Assembly: GCA_002269645.1 (NCBI GenBank)
Contig: NIVC01002040.1
Location: forward strand, 124,001 to 188,000
Origin: Macrostomum lignano
Taxonomy: Eukaryota
Direction: 5' to 3'
Length of the DNA: 64,000 nucleotides
The position numbers were made by a program, and so were the translations under genes. The notes under the pieces are model-generated. The model had not been told where the DNA came from, did no database searches, and saw only the letters and a list, made by a program, of their open reading frames with translations. Of the stretch, positions 60,136 to 64,000 are shown in pieces. Positions within the stretch are counted from its first letter, which is position 1, and the number at the start of each line of letters is the position of its first letter.

Positions 60136-62881
60136 ATGTCGGACAAGCTGACTCGCATAGCCATAGTGAGCTCCGACAGGTGCAAGCCGAAGAAATGCCG
60201 ACAAGAGTGCAAACGCTCCTGTCCAGTGGTTCGAGTTGGCAAACTGTGCATCGAAGTGACGCCAGCTGATAAGACGGCGTTCATCTCCGAGGAGCTTTGC
60301 ATCGGCTGCGGTATCTGCGTGAAGAAGTGCCCATTCGAGGCTATTAATATTATTAATTTGCCTAGCAACTTGGAGAAGGACACTACTCATCGGTATGGTC
60401 CGAACTCTTTCAAGCTGCACCGACTGCCAACGCCCAGGCCAGGCGAAGTGCTTGGACTGGTCGGCACTAATGGTATTGGCAAGAGTACGGCGCTAAAGAT
60501 CCTGGCTGGCAAGCTCAAGCCCAACTTGGGCAGGTAGGACAACTCTTAAATTCATCTTAACCTGACCTAAAACTGAGTCTAGCTCCGTCAAAAAGCTACT
60601 TCTAATCCTGACCTAAAACTGAGTCTAGCTCCGTCACAAACCTACGCCCAAACCTGACCTAAAACTGAGTCTAGCTCCATCACAAACCTACGCCCAATCC
60701 TGACCTAAAACTGAGTCTAGCTCCATCACAAACCTATGCCCAATCCTGACCTAAAACTGAGTCTAGCTCCATCACAAACCTACGCCCAATCCTGACCTAA
60801 AACTGAGTCTAGCTCCGACACAAAGCTACTCCTAATCCTGACCTAAAACTGAGTCTAGCTCCGACACAAAGCTACTCCTAATCCTGACCTAAAACTGAGT
60901 CTAGCTCCACCACAAAGCTACTTCTAAACCTGACCTAAAACTGAGTCTAGCTCCACCACAAAGCTACTTTTAAACCTGACCTAAAACTGTGTCTAGCTCC
61001 ATCACAAAGCTACTTCTAAAACTGACCTAAAACTGTGTCTAGCTCCATCACAAGGTACTTCTAATCCTGACCTAAAACTGAGTCTAGCTCCATCACAAAG
61101 CTACTTCTAAACCTGACCTAAAACTGAGTCTAGCTCCATCACAAAGCTACTTCTAAACCTGACCTAAAACCGAGTCTAGCTCCATCACAAAGCTACTTCT
61201 AAACCTGACCTAAAAATGAGTCTAGCTCCACCACAAGGTACTTCTAAACCTGACCTAAAACTGAGTCTAGCTCCACCACAAAGCTACTTCTAAACCTGAC
61301 CTAAAACTGTGTCTAGCTCCACCACAAAGCTACTTCTAAACCTGACCTAAAACTGAGTCTAGCTCCACCACAAAGCTACTTCTAAACCTGACCTAAAACT
61401 GAGTCTAGCTCCACCACAAAGCTACTTCTAAACCTGACCTAAAACTGAGTCTAGCTCCACCACAAAGCTACTTTTAAACCTGACCTAAAACTGTGTCTAG
61501 CTCCATCACAAAGCTACTTCTAAAACTGACCTAAAACTGAGTCTAGCTCCACCACAAAGCTACTTCTAAAACTGACCTAAAACTGTGTCTAGCTCCATCT
61601 TAAAGCTACTTCTAAACCTGACCTAAAACTGAGTCTAGCTCCATCACAAAGCTACTCCTTAGCCTGACCTAAAATCTTGACCTACAACTTGAAGCCACCC
61701 AAAACCCCAAATCCAACTCACAGGTACAGCCAACCGCCCGAATGGATGGAGATTCTACAGTATTTTCGCGGCTCAGAGTTGCAAAACTTCTTCACCAAAA
61801 TACTGGAAGACAATCTCAAAGCTGTAGTGAAACCGCAATACGTCGATCAGATACCAAAAGCTGTGAAAGGCACAGTGCAAGGCCTGATGGACAAGAAAGA
61901 CGATCGCGGCGTTCAAGAATCAGTTTGCGAACAATTCGACTTGCTGCACGTGCGCGACCGCGAAGTTGAAATGTTGAGCGGCGGCGAACTGCAACGCTTC
62001 GCCTGCGCCATGGTGTGCATCCAGAAGGCCGACGTGTACATGTTTGACGAGCCCAGCAGTTATTTGGACGTTAAACAGCGACTCAACGCTGCCAGAGCGA
62101 TTCGAGCTCTACTAACCGATAGTAACTATGTTGTAGCAGTAGAGCACGATCTCAGCGTGTTGGACTACCTCAGCGATTTCATCTGCTGTCTATATGGCGT
62201 CCCAGGAGCCTACGGTGTTGTGACTCTGCCGTCCGGCGTACGCGAAGGCATTAACATCTTTCTTGACGGCTTCATTCCTACAGAGAATCTGCGTTTCCGC
62301 GACACCGCTTTGGTGTTTAAGGTGAATTCAAATCCCAGTTGAAAATGTTGCCAGTGACTCAATTAGACTGAATATAGTTGTTGTAAATGCGAAACGCTTG
62401 ACACAGCAAAAATATTGACTTTATTTAAATGACCTTAAATGTCCTTCGATCCTTTCATCGTAATGACCTTAAATGACCTTAATTGACCTTTCATCATAAA
62501 TTATAACACTTTTAAAACCCCCAGGTAGCGGAGACAGCCATGGAGGAGGAGACCAAGCGTCAGACCCGCTACAGCTACCCGGAAATGACCAAACGCCTTG
62601 GAGATTCGTTTAGCCTCAAAGTCGAATCCGGCACATTTGCCGACTCGCAAATTGTTGTCATGCTAGGCGAGAACGGTACTGGTAAGACTACGTTTATTCG
62701 ACTGCTTGGAGGCCGGCTGGAACCCGACGGTGGCTGCGAAATGCCGGCACTGAGGGTCAGCTACAAGCCGCAGAAGATCAGCCCGAAGTCGGACAAGACA
62801 GTACAGAATTTGTTTCTGCAAAAAATCCGCGACGCCGTCACGCATCCGCAGTTCCAGACTGATGTTATTAAACCGCTGGAG
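60136..62881 (+). CDS. ABCE1: ABCE1/RLI1 ribosome recycling ATPase, exons 1-3 (gene continues past the window)
   Basis: Exons 60136-60533, 61724-62321 and 62525-62881 (phases 2, 0). Fe-S domain [15 protein letters not shown]...[12 protein letters not shown], Walker A GTNGIGKS and GENGTGKT, signature [16 protein letters not shown]-loop VEHD. Confidence 0.98.
60559..61675. repeat. 46-bp minisatellite in ABCE1 intron 1, ~24 copies
   Basis: Unit CCTGACCTAAAACTGAGTCTAGCTCCACCACAAAGCTACTTCTAAA. Confidence 0.96.
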
Positions 62882-62944
62882 GTGGGTTCCGCTTCTTTTT
62901 AGCCTGTGACTGCCTCATAATGAAGCTTAGTACCTTTGGTCTCA

Positions 62945-64000
62945 ACTGTGAACCCATTAGTCCTGAACTGTGAATCCTTAGCCCTTCACTGTGAACCCCT
63001 AGTCCTGGATTGTGAATCCCTAGCCCTGAAATGTGAACCCATTAGTCCTGAAATGTGAAGCCCTAGTCCTGGATTGTGAACCCTTAGCCCTGAACTGTGA
63101 ACCCTTAGCCCTGAACTGTGAACCCTTAGCCCTGAAATGTGAAGCCTTAGCCCTGCATTGTGAACCCCTAGTCCTGGATTGTGAAGCCTTAGCCCTGAAA
63201 TGTGAACCCTTAGCCCTGAAATGTGAACCCCTAGTCCTGGATTGTGAACCCTTAGCCCTGAACTGTGAACCCTTAGCCCTGAAATGTAAAGCCCTAGTCC
63301 TGGATTGTGAACCCTTAGCCCTGAAATGTGAAGCCTTAGCCCTGCATTGTGAACCCCTAGTCCTGGATTGTGAACCCTTAGCCCTGAAATGTGAACCCCT
63401 AGTCCTGGATTGTGAACCCTTAGCCCTGCACTGTGAACCCTTAGCCCTGAAATGTGAACCCCTAGTCCTGGATTGTGAACCCTTAGCCCTGAAATGTGAA
63501 CCCCTAGTCCTGGATTGCGAACCCTTAGCCCTGCACTGTGAACCCTTAGCCCTGAAATGTGAACCCCTAGCCCTGAACTGTGAACCCTTTGTCCTGAACT
63601 GTGAACCCTTAGCCCTGAACTGTGAACCCTTTGTCCTGAATTGTGAACCCATTAGTCCTGAACTGTGAACCCTTTGTCCTGAACTGTGAACCCCTAGTCC
63701 TTAATTGTGAACATATTAGTCCTGAACTGTGAACCCCTAGTCCTGAATTGTGAACCCATTAGTCTTGAAATGTGAACCCTTAGCCCTGAACTGTGAACCC
63801 CTAGTCCTGAATTGTGAACCCAATAGTCCTGAACTGTGAACCCCTCGTCCTGAATTGTGAACCCATTAGTCCTGAACTGTGAACCCTTAGCCCTGAACTG
63901 TGAACCCCTAGTCCTGAATTGTGAACCCAATAGTCCTGAACTGTGAACCCCTAGTCCTGAATTGTGAACCCATTAGTCCTGAACTGTGAACCCTTTGTCC
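62945..64000. repeat. 21-bp minisatellite in ABCE1 intron 3 (runs off the window)
   Basis: Unit TGTGAACCCTTAGCCCTGAAC and variants. Confidence 0.96.

Overview
Animal (invertebrate-like) genomic DNA; the species cannot be assigned from sequence alone. Four conserved spliced genes were reconstructed by hand: the 3' four exons of UBR5 (+), a complete 10-exon XPR1 (-), a 3-exon AUH (-) and the first three exons of ABCE1 (+, runs off the window). There are also two intronless orphan-like genes (a 4-TM CD20/MS4A-like protein and a secreted cationic 16-Cys protein) and an unexplained ~1 kb same-strand ORF inside XPR1 intron 4. The window opens in a ~662-bp tandem satellite, and most introns are filled by their own private minisatellite. 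Between AUH and ABCE1 lies a ~16 kb CpG-poor transposon block with a DD41D and a mariner element, MITEs and two diverged copies of an unclassified element. The most notable observations are (1) a RIP-like CpA->TpA plus CpG mutation signature in the dead transposons, while gene bodies keep their CpGs, and (2) a possible alternative first exon that would swap the SPX sensor of XPR1 for a disordered N-terminus. Exon boundaries and substitution counts are manual and need computational confirmation.
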